This document shows positions 1 through 10,171 of a stretch of DNA of 64,000 nucleotides, one piece after another (the first letter of the stretch is position 1; each line of letters begins with the position of its first letter). Where the stretch lies: the IMG/VR virus record IMGVR_UViG_3300050121_000032, positions 2,030 to 66,029 of that record. One strand, written 5' to 3'. A program made the position numbers and the translations under genes. The stretch comes from a virus. Lineage: Duplodnaviria > Caudoviricetes. The notes below the pieces were generated by a model. The model had not been told where the DNA came from. It ran no database searches and saw nothing but the letters and a program-made list of their open reading frames with translations.

Positions 1-158
1 TGCGCACTGGCTTGAAGTCGGTCGAGACGAGTTTGCTCGCGGACGTCAAGACCTATCAGGCGTCCCTGATCCAGAAGCTCGCGCCCGTCCCCACCCCCGT
101 GGTCGCCGCTGCACCCACCCCCGTGGTTGCCGCTGCACCCACCCCGCCGGCGGCGTAA
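1..158 (+). CDS. 3' end of hypothetical protein (partial), Pro/Ala-rich tail with 24-bp duplication (PTPVVAAA x2)
   Basis: Open frame from position 3 to TAA at 156-158, 4 nt before the ATG at 163. Confidence 0.6.
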   Translation, partial: RTGLKSVETSLLADVKTYQASLIQKLAPVPTPVVAAAPTPVVAAAPTPPAA

Positions 159-162
159 TCCC

Positions 163-813
163 ATGGAGCCAGCCTCGATCCGCACCAAGAACCCCGGCGC
201 CATGTGGGGTAGTCCGCTCGCGAAGAAGTGGGGCTCGACCGAGACCATCGTGCTCCACGACGGGCTGGGTCAGGGCAACAACATCGCGGTCTTCCCGACC
301 TATGTGGACGGCATCTGCGCACAGCTCGATCTATGGCGCAGCTCGCCGCGCTACAAGAACAAGCGCTTCGGCGAAGCGATCGACACTTGGGATGGACACA
401 ACAATACGCCGAGCTATATCGCCTACGTGCTTGCTCGCGTGCCGGGGATGACGCGCGACACCGTCATGGACGACGACTTCTGGCGCGGACCGATGGGCAT
501 CGGCTTCCTCAAGGCGCAGGCCGGGCATGAAGCCGGCAAGACCTACCCCGCGCCCGACGCGGACTGGATCGAGGCGCAGCGCCGGGTTTTCGCCGGCTTC
601 GTCTACGCTGGCGTCCCTGCTGCTCCCGCTCCCGCGCCGCCGATCGTTCACCCGGTCCACAAGAAGACCGCGGCCGTTGTTACCTCCGCCGGCGCCGCCG
701 GTGCTGCAGCTCACGCTGCCGGTGCGAACCACAGCACGGTAGCGATCATCGTCATCGTCGTGGCCGTCGTGGCCATCGTCGGCTTCGTTATCCACAGCAG
801 GGCGACTTCGTGA
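163..813 (+). CDS. putative endolysin / lysozyme-like cell wall hydrolase with C-terminal transmembrane segment
   Basis: N-terminal SIRTKNPGAM resembles the R-x-x-NPG motif of phage lysozyme-like proteins; hydrophobic C-terminus; followed by holin-like genes. Confidence 0.6.
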   Translation: MEPASIRTKNPGAMWGSPLAKKWGSTETIVLHDGLGQGNNIAVFPTYVDGICAQLDLWRSSPRYKNKRFGEAIDTWDGHNNTPSYIAYVLARVPGMTRDTVMDDDFWRGPMGIGFLKAQAGHEAGKTYPAPDADWIEAQRRVFAGFVYAGVPAAPAPAPPIVHPVHKKTAAVVTSAGAAGAAAHAAGANHSTVAIIVIVVAVVAIVGFVIHSRATS

Positions 814-1058
814 TGTTGGACTGGATCAAACAGGCATACGCCTACCTCCACGGCACTTTCCATGACAGCTCCGTGATCGTCTGGTCGCGCGTGCAGGTCA
901 TCGCCATGTCGGTCTGGCTTGGGCTGCAGGGCGTCGACCTGTCCCCGGCGATCCATGATCCGAAGTGGATGATGTACTACGTCATCTTCTCCAACGTCGT
1001 GAACGAGCTTCTGCGCCGCCGCGGTGCAGAGTATCACGAGGACGGGAGCCTCAAGTGA
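810..1058 (+). CDS. small membrane protein, holin-like
   Basis: 82 aa, two hydrophobic stretches, overlaps the endolysin stop. Confidence 0.5.
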   Translation: MMLDWIKQAYAYLHGTFHDSSVIVWSRVQVIAMSVWLGLQGVDLSPAIHDPKWMMYYVIFSNVVNELLRRRGAEYHEDGSLK

Positions 1059-1495
1059 TCACTGCCATCCTCGCGTTTCTGCAGGCGATCCCCGCACTGG
1101 TCAACGGCGTCAACTCGTTCGCCGCGAAATACTATGACAGCAAGGTCAAGATCACCACGGCCCTGATCGGCGGCAACGTCGATGTGGCCAAACAGATGGT
1201 GAGCGGTATCGTGGCCGAAGGGCAGGTGCGCGTAAGTTTTCTGCAGACGGTGTCGCACAGCCCGTTCCTGATGTACCTCGTGGGCGGCTTCGCCACCCCG
1301 TGGATCGTCTACGAGTGGAAGGTCGTCGTCTGGGACAACATCATTTGCAAGTTCCTGTACGGCGTCTACGGCTTCACACCCCCGATCGAGGGCACCGTAG
1401 GCACATGGGCTGGCGTCATCATCGCCGGCATCTTCGGGACCGGCTCAGTCATGGCCGTCGGCCAGATGTACTTCAATCGCAAAGTAGGCGAGTGA
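1055..1495 (+). CDS. membrane protein, holin-like (lysis module)
   Basis: GTG start overlapping the upstream TGA; several hydrophobic segments, basic C-terminus. Confidence 0.55.
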   Translation: MITAILAFLQAIPALVNGVNSFAAKYYDSKVKITTALIGGNVDVAKQMVSGIVAEGQVRVSFLQTVSHSPFLMYLVGGFATPWIVYEWKVVVWDNIICKFLYGVYGFTPPIEGTVGTWAGVIIAGIFGTGSVMAVGQMYFNRKVGE

Positions 1496-1507
1496 GTAGG
1501 AAATCAA

Positions 1508-2089
1508 ATGGGCAAGAACAAACACCGCGCCTCTCGCGCGGCCGAACTGAGCGCGCTGATCACGGCGCCAACAAGTCCGCCTCCACAGGAGGCACTTCAG
1601 GAGAAGACCATGGAAGCATCTCAGGAGAAAGCCCCGGAAATGGAAGCGCCAGCGGAGCAGAGCGGCCCTACGGCCAAGGAAATGGCTAAGGCCGAAGAGG
1701 TCAATCAGCTGCGCATGCGGGCGCTGGCAGAGCAGGCCGACAAGCCGCCGGCGGAACCCGACGTCAATGTCATCGAAGTCGCCGCGCGCGGCTACGACGC
1801 CCTGCAGGAGGCCTTCGCCAAGCACAACGCGAAGAAGCCGCCCGAGTACATCCCCCCGCCGCGCACCGCCCGCCAGATGTCCGCCCTCGAAGAGGAGCTG
1901 GAAGCCGGCCGCCGGTCCCAGCAACGTGCCGAAGCCCAGAAGGCCGCGGCGCCGGCGAACCCCACCGATACCCGTAAGGAAGGGTTCTCGACGCCCGTGT
2001 TCAGGCCCGGCGACGTAGTCCCCGACCCGACCATCCCCGCCGCCGGCGGGTTCGCAGCCGGCAACCGTGTCTACGGGTCCGATGCCTAA
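1508..2089 (+). CDS. hypothetical protein (Pro/Ala/Glu-rich)
   Basis: AGGA RBS, phage-typical codon usage. Confidence 0.7.
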   Translation: MGKNKHRASRAAELSALITAPTSPPPQEALQEKTMEASQEKAPEMEAPAEQSGPTAKEMAKAEEVNQLRMRALAEQADKPPAEPDVNVIEVAARGYDALQEAFAKHNAKKPPEYIPPPRTARQMSALEEELEAGRRSQQRAEAQKAAAPANPTDTRKEGFSTPVFRPGDVVPDPTIPAAGGFAAGNRVYGSDA

Positions 2090-2474
2090 GCCGCGTTCAG
2101 TCGTCCAGAGGCGTTACCACCAGACGGAGAAAGGGCGAGCATCCCTTCTCCGCTATCAACAGTCTGACAAAGGTAAGGCGATGCTGCGGCGTAAGGCATT
2201 GCGGAAGATTGGCCTGACCCCAGAGGACTGGCAGACTTTATTTACCTCTCAGGGTTATTGCTGTGTGGTGTGTAAGGCGCCCACGCCCGGCCGAAAGACC
2301 GGACACTGGGCGACAGACCACGATCACGTAACCAACGCGGTGCGCGGGATTTTGTGTTGCGGGTGCAATCTAGCGCTCGGGCACGCAAGGGATAACCCGC
2401 TTCTGCTGCGGCAACTGGCCGACTATCTGGAGCGATTTAATGCCGGCGCAGCAGACCCAAACCTCCCCAGATAG
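2082..2474 (+). CDS. endonuclease VII-type HNH endonuclease (homing-like)
   Basis: CVVC...TDHDH...VRGILCCGCNLALG motif; overlaps both neighbours. Confidence 0.85.
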   Translation: MPKPRSVVQRRYHQTEKGRASLLRYQQSDKGKAMLRRKALRKIGLTPEDWQTLFTSQGYCCVVCKAPTPGRKTGHWATDHDHVTNAVRGILCCGCNLALGHARDNPLLLRQLADYLERFNAGAADPNLPR

Positions 2475-5172
2475 TCTGAAGCTCGAAAAATTTGGCGGGT
2501 CTTTGCCGGCATGGGATGACCACCTGCTGCCAGACGGGCAGGCGGCCAGTAATCTCAATGGATACTTGTTTTCCGGCTCGCTCCAAGGATGGCGCAAGCC
2601 GAAGCTGCTCTACACCATGCAGAGCAACGCCTCGCAGTTCGCCTATCGCCTACCGATCCGCAGCCAGAACATCGCGAGCGCGATTGCGAACTTCCTCGTT
2701 AATCCGCTCGACGGCGACCAGATCACGCTGGGCGAGGAGGTCTACACCTTCCGCAACGCGATCACGCAGGCCTACGATGTGGCGATCGGAGTTACCGCCG
2801 CGGTAACCGCGACGAATTTCTTCGAGGCCATCACGATCGACAACGGCAAGAGCACAAACGCGGGGACCGCATATGGTACTGCTACCGTCGCTAATCCTGC
2901 TATCAACCAGCACACTCCGGTTACTACGAACATCCTCGCAACGGATCAGCCTCGCGTGCAGGTATTTGCACCGACCTCTGGAGCTGCCTATAACTCAACG
3001 CTTGTCGGAGAGACCACTAATGCTGCGCGCATCAACTGGACGTACAATGGAACGACTACGACAACGCTCCAAGGCGGCACCAATCTATCCTTCGATGCCT
3101 CCATTACAGGAGCTTCAACATGGCTGGAGTTCGCTGATCCAGACACAGATGTCATGCGCTCACCAGTTGTCGATGACAGCTTTGACCGCTTTTATTTTGC
3201 CTGCCCATCTGTGGCTCCAACTTATAACACCCGAGACCGGATCGAAGCCGGCCAAGCCGCTTGGCTGCTCGGCGTCCCCGCTCCCGGATGCACGCCCGGC
3301 GTCACCGTCACGGGCGGCGGATCGAGCGTAACACTCGGCTTCCCGACCTCGACCTCGGCGAACTCCGCCGCGGTTGGCGCCAACACCATCTACCTCGTCC
3401 CGATCACGCCGACTGGCGCAATGATCCTGAACGACGTCACGTTCATGCCGGCGGCTGACAGCGCCACCGCGCGCTATGCTGCCGTGCTCTACGACGATCT
3501 CAACGGCTCTCCGCACACGCTGCTGAACACCGGCACCATCACGACGGCCGTGACCGCCGGCACTGCTGCCGCGAGCCCGTTCGTCAACCCGACCGGGCTG
3601 CTGATGAACGTCCAATACTGGATTGGCATCATGATCGACAGCGGGGTGCCGGTACAATACGCCGACGACACGGGCTCGAATGGTATCGTTAGCCTCAACA
3701 CCTTCTCGAACGGCCCCGAGCCCGTCGTCAACAACCTCACGACTGGCTATGCCGACCTGCAAGTGTGGGGTGACCTGACCTCCTCTGCCGTGCAGGAAGC
3801 GCGCAGCTACGTCTACACGTACATCACGGAGTACGGCGAAGAGAGCCCGCCCTCGCCGGCCACCGTCGTTACCGGGTGGAGCAACGGGACGTGGACGATC
3901 GACCTGTTCACGCCGCCCCCCGACCAGATGGGCGTCACCCGCAACCTCGTCAGCATCCGGCTCTACCGGTCCGTGACGGCTACCGCGGGCTCGACGACCT
4001 ACTTCCAAGTCACGCCGGTGGGCGGCGATCTGCCGATCACCACGGCTGTCTACTCGGACATCATCACCGATGACGTGATCGTGTCCAACAACCAGCTGCA
4101 GAGCCAGCTCTGGACCCCGCCTCCGGAAGACCTGCAGGGCATCATCGCGATGCCAAACGGTATGGCCGTGGGATGGCGCGCGAACGAGATGTGGTTTTGC
4201 GAGCCCTACCGCCCGCATGCGTGGCCGTCCTCCTACACGCTCACCACCGAGTACCCAATCGTCGGGCTTGGCGTCAGCGGCAACTCGGTTGTCGCCTGCA
4301 CCAGTGGCTCGCCCTACATCGCCACCGGCACCTCGCCGGGCTCCATGACCGCGACCAAGACCCAGATTAGCGAACCGTGCCACTCGCGCGGCTCCATCTG
4401 GGGCAACACCGATGGCGTTTATTATGCCTCGCCGAACGGGCTGATCCTCGTGACGCAATCCGGCTCCGTGACCAACACCTCCGAACTCTGGATCACGCGC
4501 GAGAAGTGGCAGCAGCAGACGCCGCAGAAGAACGTGCGCTGCGTGCCGCTGGTGTCATCTTATTTCGCACTAGGATGCGTTCGCAATGGCGACGCATCCG
4601 CTGCGCAAGAAGGCTTCACGATTGAACTCAACGCCGCTGACGCGCAGTCGTTCTCGATCTGGCCGCAGCCCGGTGGTCACCGTCTGGGCTTCGCTCAGCT
4701 CAATGGTCCGAACGGGTTTGACGTGGTCAATCTTCGCATCGACCCATGGTCTTCTGTTTGTCTCGTCATGCAGAACCACGCGGTCTATTACTACGACTTC
4801 TCCGACCCGGCCCCGGTCATGCAGACCTACAAGTGGCGCTCGAAACTCTTCCAGCAAAAGAGCAAGAAGAACTTCGCAGCCATGCGCATCTGGTTCGACG
4901 TCCCGCCGGGAACGCCGGCACAGAACGCCGTGCGCAACACCGCGGCGCATACGGACCCGAGCTGGAGCGCTCTAGCCGCGGGCCAGTATGGCATCGTGCG
5001 CGTCTACGCCGGCGGTGTGCTGGTTACCGCGCGCGAGATTTGGAAGACGCAGGAGCTGCTCCGGATCGAGTGCGGCTTCAAGCACGAGACATGGCAGTTC
5101 GAGTTTGAGGCCCGCGTGCCGATCTCGAACATTCAGATCGCAACCTCCGTCAAGGCATTGGCCCAGACATAA
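2440..5172 (+). CDS. virion tail protein (tail tubular B / stabilization protein-like)
   Basis: 910 aa, beta-rich; YVYTYITEYGEESPPSP, FCEPYRPHAWP and WRSK motifs typical of podovirus tail/stabilization proteins; precedes ejection proteins. Confidence 0.65.
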   Translation: MPAQQTQTSPDSLKLEKFGGSLPAWDDHLLPDGQAASNLNGYLFSGSLQGWRKPKLLYTMQSNASQFAYRLPIRSQNIASAIANFLVNPLDGDQITLGEEVYTFRNAITQAYDVAIGVTAAVTATNFFEAITIDNGKSTNAGTAYGTATVANPAINQHTPVTTNILATDQPRVQVFAPTSGAAYNSTLVGETTNAARINWTYNGTTTTTLQGGTNLSFDASITGASTWLEFADPDTDVMRSPVVDDSFDRFYFACPSVAPTYNTRDRIEAGQAAWLLGVPAPGCTPGVTVTGGGSSVTLGFPTSTSANSAAVGANTIYLVPITPTGAMILNDVTFMPAADSATARYAAVLYDDLNGSPHTLLNTGTITTAVTAGTAAASPFVNPTGLLMNVQYWIGIMIDSGVPVQYADDTGSNGIVSLNTFSNGPEPVVNNLTTGYADLQVWGDLTSSAVQEARSYVYTYITEYGEESPPSPATVVTGWSNGTWTIDLFTPPPDQMGVTRNLVSIRLYRSVTATAGSTTYFQVTPVGGDLPITTAVYSDIITDDVIVSNNQLQSQLWTPPPEDLQGIIAMPNGMAVGWRANEMWFCEPYRPHAWPSSYTLTTEYPIVGLGVSGNSVVACTSGSPYIATGTSPGSMTATKTQISEPCHSRGSIWGNTDGVYYASPNGLILVTQSGSVTNTSELWITREKWQQQTPQKNVRCVPLVSSYFALGCVRNGDASAAQEGFTIELNAADAQSFSIWPQPGGHRLGFAQLNGPNGFDVVNLRIDPWSSVCLVMQNHAVYYYDFSDPAPVMQTYKWRSKLFQQKSKKNFAAMRIWFDVPPGTPAQNAVRNTAAHTDPSWSALAAGQYGIVRVYAGGVLVTAREIWKTQELLRIECGFKHETWQFEFEARVPISNIQIATSVKALAQT
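2792..2806. promoter_or_regulatory. dispersed palindrome TTACCG-CCG-CGGTAA (intragenic, VTAAV)
   Basis: exact motif match. Confidence 0.85.
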
Positions 5173-5184
5173 GGAGAAACGCCA

Positions 5185-5562
5185 GTGACCACCGTCGGAC
5201 CCGTTTGTCACATCCCGCCGAAGAACAACATCAATCAGCCGGCACCGCAGAACCTGCCGGCGATCCCGCCTGCACAGCCTAACATCCAGTCGCTGATGAA
5301 CACCGTCAACGCGCTGCGCCAAGTCGTGAACCAGCTTACCGGGCGTCAAGGGTCGCAAGGTCCAGCCGGGCAAGCTGGGGCGCAAGGTACGCCGGGCACG
5401 AGCGCCAAGGGGACATGGAGCGAACAGAACCGTCAAGAGGAGACGGTCAAAATCTACCAGAACAACGATCCCTCCACCGGCAACTATGTCGAGGTGAAGC
5501 AGATCAACAAGCTGGTGATGGAGAACAAGGACACCGGCCAGACGTGGACGTGGAATAGGTAA
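5185..5562 (+). CDS. hypothetical virion-associated protein with short collagen-like stretch
   Basis: AAGGAG RBS, GTG start; GSQGPAGQAGAQGTPG. Confidence 0.7.
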   Translation: MTTVGPVCHIPPKNNINQPAPQNLPAIPPAQPNIQSLMNTVNALRQVVNQLTGRQGSQGPAGQAGAQGTPGTSAKGTWSEQNRQEETVKIYQNNDPSTGNYVEVKQINKLVMENKDTGQTWTWNR

Positions 5563-5572
5563 AGGGACGCCA

Positions 5573-6169
5573 GTGACCGATAAAGCCTATGGCCTCGACT
5601 TCTTTCACAAGATCACGGACGTCCATTTCGCCAGCGGGAACTGGCTGTGGGTCGAGACGTTCGGCGCGACCAACTCGTTCTTCCCCGTCATCATGCAAAC
5701 GGACTTCACCGACCAAGCTGGCGGCACGCCGGGCATCAAGACCTATGACGGGCTTACCCCCACCTCCGCGATGCACATCATCCCGTTCGCCCAGCTCCCG
5801 TTCGGCAACCTGCTGCCGCAGCTTCTGAAGGCCACAATTCGGACCGGCGCAGGCTCGACGCTGGACGGGTTCGGTGTGTCAGGTGATCCGGCAGAGTTCC
5901 CCGTCCCGGATACGTCGATCTACATCCGGCTGGATAATAAGATGCCGGCCACCACGTTCGGGATCAAGGTCTCGATCCAGTTCCAGTTCGACCGCGGCCC
6001 CAGCACCGCGCAGGACATGGTCGTGAAGACCCTGAAGGCGACGAAGGGGACGACCGACCCGAGCAAGATGGACGTGGCGTCGTTCAAGTTTGCCTCCGCC
6101 CCTCACTTCGGCGCCACCCGCAACTTCCGGATCAACCCGCACACCCTAGAGGTCACCGGGCCGTTCTGA
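5573..6169 (+). CDS. hypothetical protein (beta-rich, probably virion)
   Basis: GTG start with AAGGG RBS; lies in the structural operon. Confidence 0.7.
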   Translation: MTDKAYGLDFFHKITDVHFASGNWLWVETFGATNSFFPVIMQTDFTDQAGGTPGIKTYDGLTPTSAMHIIPFAQLPFGNLLPQLLKATIRTGAGSTLDGFGVSGDPAEFPVPDTSIYIRLDNKMPATTFGIKVSIQFQFDRGPSTAQDMVVKTLKATKGTTDPSKMDVASFKFASAPHFGATRNFRINPHTLEVTGPF

Positions 6170-6175
6170 CCCCGG

Positions 6176-6190
6176 TTAACGACCCTTTAA
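6176..6190. promoter_or_regulatory. CtrA-type box TTAA-N7-TTAA
   Basis: TTAACGACCCTTTAA, intergenic, upstream of the internal virion protein genes. Confidence 0.65.
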
Positions 6191-6235
6191 GCTGCTGCTG
6201 GTAGGGCTGAAGGGCCAATGTAAGGGGCCTGCCCT

Positions 6236-7873
6236 ATGTCCATGTCCATCTCGAACAGCAACTCGACCTCGACCCCGGTCGTCACCCAGACGCCGCAAAA
6301 TGCGATCCTTGACCAGATCGCCGGATACGCGCAGGGGCTGGCAGGCCAGATGTACAGCTGGGCGCAGAGCACCTTCGCTCACACCTCGCAGATCACCGAT
6401 CAGGCCGTCGGCAACTTCTTCAACGTCAGCCAGAAGATGCAGGGGCTCTCGGACAACCTCACTGGCCAGTACAACAACCTCTTCGCCCCCGAGAACGCGC
6501 AGCTCGTAGCTGACGCGAACAGCTATGCCTCGCCGTCGCGCATGGCCGTCGACATGGGGCAGGCCGGTGCGACACAGGCGCAGGCGGGCGAGAACCAGCT
6601 GGCGAAGACCCAGCAGGACCTTCAGTCGTACGGCATCGACCCGTCGTCGGGCCGCTACGCCGCGCTCGACAAGGCCGCGGCCGTGCAGAATTCCGCCAAC
6701 ATCGCCGGTGCCGAGAACACCCAGCGCAACGCGGACATCGCCACGGGCCAGAAGCTGCGCAGCGAAGCCGTGCAAGTGGGCGCGCAGCTCCCTGCCGCCA
6801 TCGCGAACGTCAACAACACCATGATCCAAGCCAACACCGGCGCGGCCAACGCGACCGATGCCAACGCCAACACCGGCGCCAACCTCATGAAGGTGCCGAA
6901 CGACTACCTCAACACGGCGATGGCGCTCAAGCTGCCCCTGCAGGGGCAGAACTCCCAATCGACCAGCCAAGGCTCTTCCAGCAGCCCCAACAACGGCGGT
7001 TCCAAGGGTGGCGGCTCCGGTGGGGGCGGTGGCTCACCCGGGGGCGGTGGTTCCGGCAGCGGTGGACCCGCTTGGGGTATGAACATGCCGACCGGAAACG
7101 GTAATGGCGGTGGCGGCGGTGGGGGTAACTTTCAGGGCGGCTCCTCGGTCATGCAGACCGGCTGGGGTAACGGCCAGCCCGACAGCGGCGTCATCACCGG
7201 TGCCGACAACCCGATGGGCGGCGCCAATGAGTTCGGCAACAGCTTCGGTCAGGACTGGGGCAACGGCAACACGGCCGACCCCAACACGTTCGGCGGCGGC
7301 AACACCAGCGGCTACAACGGCATGGACTTCACCGGTGGTGGCACCAGCGGCGGCAGCGGCTCGGACATGTCGGGTCTCGGCTCCTACGGCTACGATCCGA
7401 ACGCCAACACGTTCGACCCGAACTCCACGGGCGGCTGGCAGGACCCGGCGACCCAGACCTCTGACCCGAGCGTGTTCAGCTCGGGCTCGGGCGTGGACAT
7501 GTCGGGATACGGATCGAGCCCCGGGCTGCAGAGCGACCCGTTCACCTCGGGCGGCGGCGTCGATCTGTCCGGTGGCAGCTTCGATCCCAGTCAGATGACG
7601 GACCTCTCGGGCGGCGGCTACGCGCGCGGCGGAGCGATCTCCCCTGCCGGCCAGCAAATCCCGTCGCAGCTCAGTCCGTCCGGTGGCAAGCAAGTCGACG
7701 ACATCCCGGCGCAGGGCCCCGGCGGCCAGCAGCTCCGGATGAACGCCAACGAGTTCGTCATCCCGCAGGACGTTGCCCTGTGGAAGGGGCAGGAGTTTTT
7801 CCAGAACCTGATCGACCAGTCGCGCAAGCGGCGCGTCACCGCGTCTGCCCAGCCCACCCCCATGAGGACGTAA
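6236..7873 (+). CDS. internal virion (ejection) protein, Gly/Ser/Asn-rich
   Basis: Helical Gln/Ala-rich N-terminus with YGIDPSSGRY; C-terminal GYARGG...DDIP...NEFVIP block; podovirus gene order. Confidence 0.65.
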   Translation: MSMSISNSNSTSTPVVTQTPQNAILDQIAGYAQGLAGQMYSWAQSTFAHTSQITDQAVGNFFNVSQKMQGLSDNLTGQYNNLFAPENAQLVADANSYASPSRMAVDMGQAGATQAQAGENQLAKTQQDLQSYGIDPSSGRYAALDKAAAVQNSANIAGAENTQRNADIATGQKLRSEAVQVGAQLPAAIANVNNTMIQANTGAANATDANANTGANLMKVPNDYLNTAMALKLPLQGQNSQSTSQGSSSSPNNGGSKGGGSGGGGGSPGGGGSGSGGPAWGMNMPTGNGNGGGGGGGNFQGGSSVMQTGWGNGQPDSGVITGADNPMGGANEFGNSFGQDWGNGNTADPNTFGGGNTSGYNGMDFTGGGTSGGSGSDMSGLGSYGYDPNANTFDPNSTGGWQDPATQTSDPSVFSSGSGVDMSGYGSSPGLQSDPFTSGGGVDLSGGSFDPSQMTDLSGGGYARGGAISPAGQQIPSQLSPSGGKQVDDIPAQGPGGQQLRMNANEFVIPQDVALWKGQEFFQNLIDQSRKRRVTASAQPTPMRT

Positions 7874-7874
7874 G

Positions 7875-8336
7875 ATGTCAGACCAGTTTGATCATCAGGA
7901 CCTCGGTGGCCCCGGTAACCCGCAGCCGAACGCACCGTCCCCCGACCAGTTCATGTCGCAGGCCGGCTCGCTCGGTTTCTCGGACGGCGGAGCTATTTCC
8001 GACAGCGAGAGCGGCGAGGGTTCGCCCGAGCAGGACCAGATCAGCAAGGCGTTGGAGAGCGTCGATCAGGTGCTGGCGTTCGGCCGCAAGCTCCACGGTC
8101 TAGGCGGAGGGGATAACGAGGGCGCCATTCAAACCGCCGATGCCCGCATCCCGTCGATCCCGGGCACCCAGTCCAACAGCGGCGTCAAACCGATCCAGCC
8201 GATGCCCGGTCCTCTGCCGCCCACTGCCAACCCATTCGGCAAGCGCGCCGATGCGACGGGCAGTGATCCGGATCAGGACGGCGACAACGACAGCGGCAGC
8301 GCTGGTGCAATCGACACAGACGAGGATGCTGCGTGA
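7875..8336 (+). CDS. hypothetical acidic virion protein
   Basis: Tightly coupled ORF; GFSDGGAI motif. Confidence 0.65.
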   Translation: MSDQFDHQDLGGPGNPQPNAPSPDQFMSQAGSLGFSDGGAISDSESGEGSPEQDQISKALESVDQVLAFGRKLHGLGGGDNEGAIQTADARIPSIPGTQSNSGVKPIQPMPGPLPPTANPFGKRADATGSDPDQDGDNDSGSAGAIDTDEDAA

Positions 8337-10171
8337 TGGCTATGGCTCCTAAATCATTTTCCGAAGACGGCGCGTTCGGTGGTAGCTCGCCGGGACAACA
8401 GCAGGACTGGGCGGGCAGCGGCAGCTCATCTTCGTCGGACCCGTTCGCAGCGTACAGCGGTGACAGCAGCCTGTCCTACGGCGGCGTCTCCAACAGCTCG
8501 ATGTCCCCGTGGGGCTCCGACCTGCAGCCGGGTCAGGTTACCAAGGGACCGAACGGACAGATTTACGGCAACATGAGCAACGGTCCCGGTGCGGTTGATC
8601 CGGGCAACGGCGCCGGCGGCTTCCGGCTGGACGCCTCCCCGTGGAACCCGTCGACCGATCCGTTCATCACCCACAGCGGTGGTATGGGCTTCGCCGAGGG
8701 CGGTGCCATCCCGGAAGACGACAGCGACACCGGCACGCCCATGCAGCCCGCAGAGGACGATGCCACCGGCGTGAATGAACAGGTCGCCAGCCAGAGCCAG
8801 CCGCAGCAGCCCCAGCAGGGACAGCAGTCGCCGGGCTCGGATGGTGGACCGCTCAACCCGGTACCCGCGGCCAAGAAGATCATCGCCTACCTGATGGGCG
8901 CCGGTGCCGCACACCCGCAGAGCATCGACCAAGTTGGCCAGCAGGTCGACCCGGAAGGCAAGATGCCCCCCTCGGATCGCAACGTGCTGGCCATCGACAA
9001 GGTGCGCGAGACCCACGGCGATAATGCCGCGTGGTCGCTGATGCAGGCCAACCGCGTCGCCTACAACGCCAAAGCCGCGTTCGCCAAGACCGCGCTCGAT
9101 GGCACGCCGCAGAAGCCGGCTGACCTCAACGCGGCGGTCGACGCTGCCAATCAGGCGCAGACCCATGTGCTCGACGGCTCGAACGTGCTGTTCCAGCCCG
9201 CGCAGGGCGGAGTTACCGCCACGGTAAAGCTGCCCGGCAACTCGGAGCCGCAGCAGATCGCGCTCTCGCCGCAGGCCTTCAAGTCGTTCCTCGACGTCGG
9301 CGGCGACGGCCAGTGGGACAAGGTCGTGGATCACAGCGCGCCCGCCACGCTGGAGCGTCTCGCCAAGCAGTACCCGATCCAGCAGGGCCAGCCTCAGCAA
9401 GGATCACCGCAGCAGGGCCAGCCTCAGCCGGGAGCCCAGCCGCGCCCGCCGGTGCGCAATCCCGTGCCGGCTCCGAACCAGCCGGTCTTCTCGCGCGGTC
9501 CGACCACGTTCGGCAAGACGCCGTCGACGCTCAACCTCTCGGGCAGCGACGAGCGTGGCGAGGACATCAAGGCGCCGAACACCGACATCAGCCCGGAGAT
9601 CGAGGCCCGCGCGCGGCAGCTGTACCCCAGCGCTTCGCAGAGCGCCGAGCGTAACAAGTACATCGCCGGCGAGGTGACCAACGAAGCCAGCAACGAGAAC
9701 AAGATCGACGTGCAGAACGCCAAGGGCGACTTCGGCCTCAAGATCGCAGGCGTCAAGACGGAAGGGGCCAAGGCCGTCGGTGCCGGCCACGACACCGCGA
9801 AGGTCCAGTCGTCGCAGAACTTCAGTCAGGCGCGCATCGAAGCGGCCAAGCAGAAGTTGCAGTCGGCCGCGCTGCACGAGGAAGCCGTCAACGGCCGCAA
9901 CGCGATCACGCAGTCGATGCGCGGGCTCGTCGCCAAGGTGAATGCGGGCCAGAAGCTGAACCCGAACGAGCAGGGTATCTGGGATCGCGTCGTGCAGCAC
10001 ACGCCCGACCCGTCAGCAGCTGCGCCCCAACAGGCTCAGCCTCAGCAGCAGAATAACTCCTTCCCGGCGGCGCCGCCTGATCCGGCACAGCGCAAGGTCG
10101 GTCAGGTCTATTCGTCGCCCACCGGCAAGCGTGGGAAGTGGATGGGTAACGGCTGGCAAGCGGTGCAGTAA
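8333..10171 (+). CDS. internal virion (ejection) protein, Gln/Pro-rich
   Basis: 612 aa; GFAEGGAI motif; C-terminal KWMGNGWQ element; position before the giant ORF. Confidence 0.65.
   Translation: MMAMAPKSFSEDGAFGGSSPGQQQDWAGSGSSSSSDPFAAYSGDSSLSYGGVSNSSMSPWGSDLQPGQVTKGPNGQIYGNMSNGPGAVDPGNGAGGFRLDASPWNPSTDPFITHSGGMGFAEGGAIPEDDSDTGTPMQPAEDDATGVNEQVASQSQPQQPQQGQQSPGSDGGPLNPVPAAKKIIAYLMGAGAAHPQSIDQVGQQVDPEGKMPPSDRNVLAIDKVRETHGDNAAWSLMQANRVAYNAKAAFAKTALDGTPQKPADLNAAVDAANQAQTHVLDGSNVLFQPAQGGVTATVKLPGNSEPQQIALSPQAFKSFLDVGGDGQWDKVVDHSAPATLERLAKQYPIQQGQPQQGSPQQGQPQPGAQPRPPVRNPVPAPNQPVFSRGPTTFGKTPSTLNLSGSDERGEDIKAPNTDISPEIEARARQLYPSASQSAERNKYIAGEVTNEASNENKIDVQNAKGDFGLKIAGVKTEGAKAVGAGHDTAKVQSSQNFSQARIEAAKQKLQSAALHEEAVNGRNAITQSMRGLVAKVNAGQKLNPNEQGIWDRVVQHTPDPSAAAPQQAQPQQQNNSFPAAPPDPAQRKVGQVYSSPTGKRGKWMGNGWQAVQ
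9213..9227. promoter_or_regulatory. dispersed palindrome TTACCG-CCA-CGGTAA (intragenic, VTATV)
   Basis: exact motif match. Confidence 0.85.
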
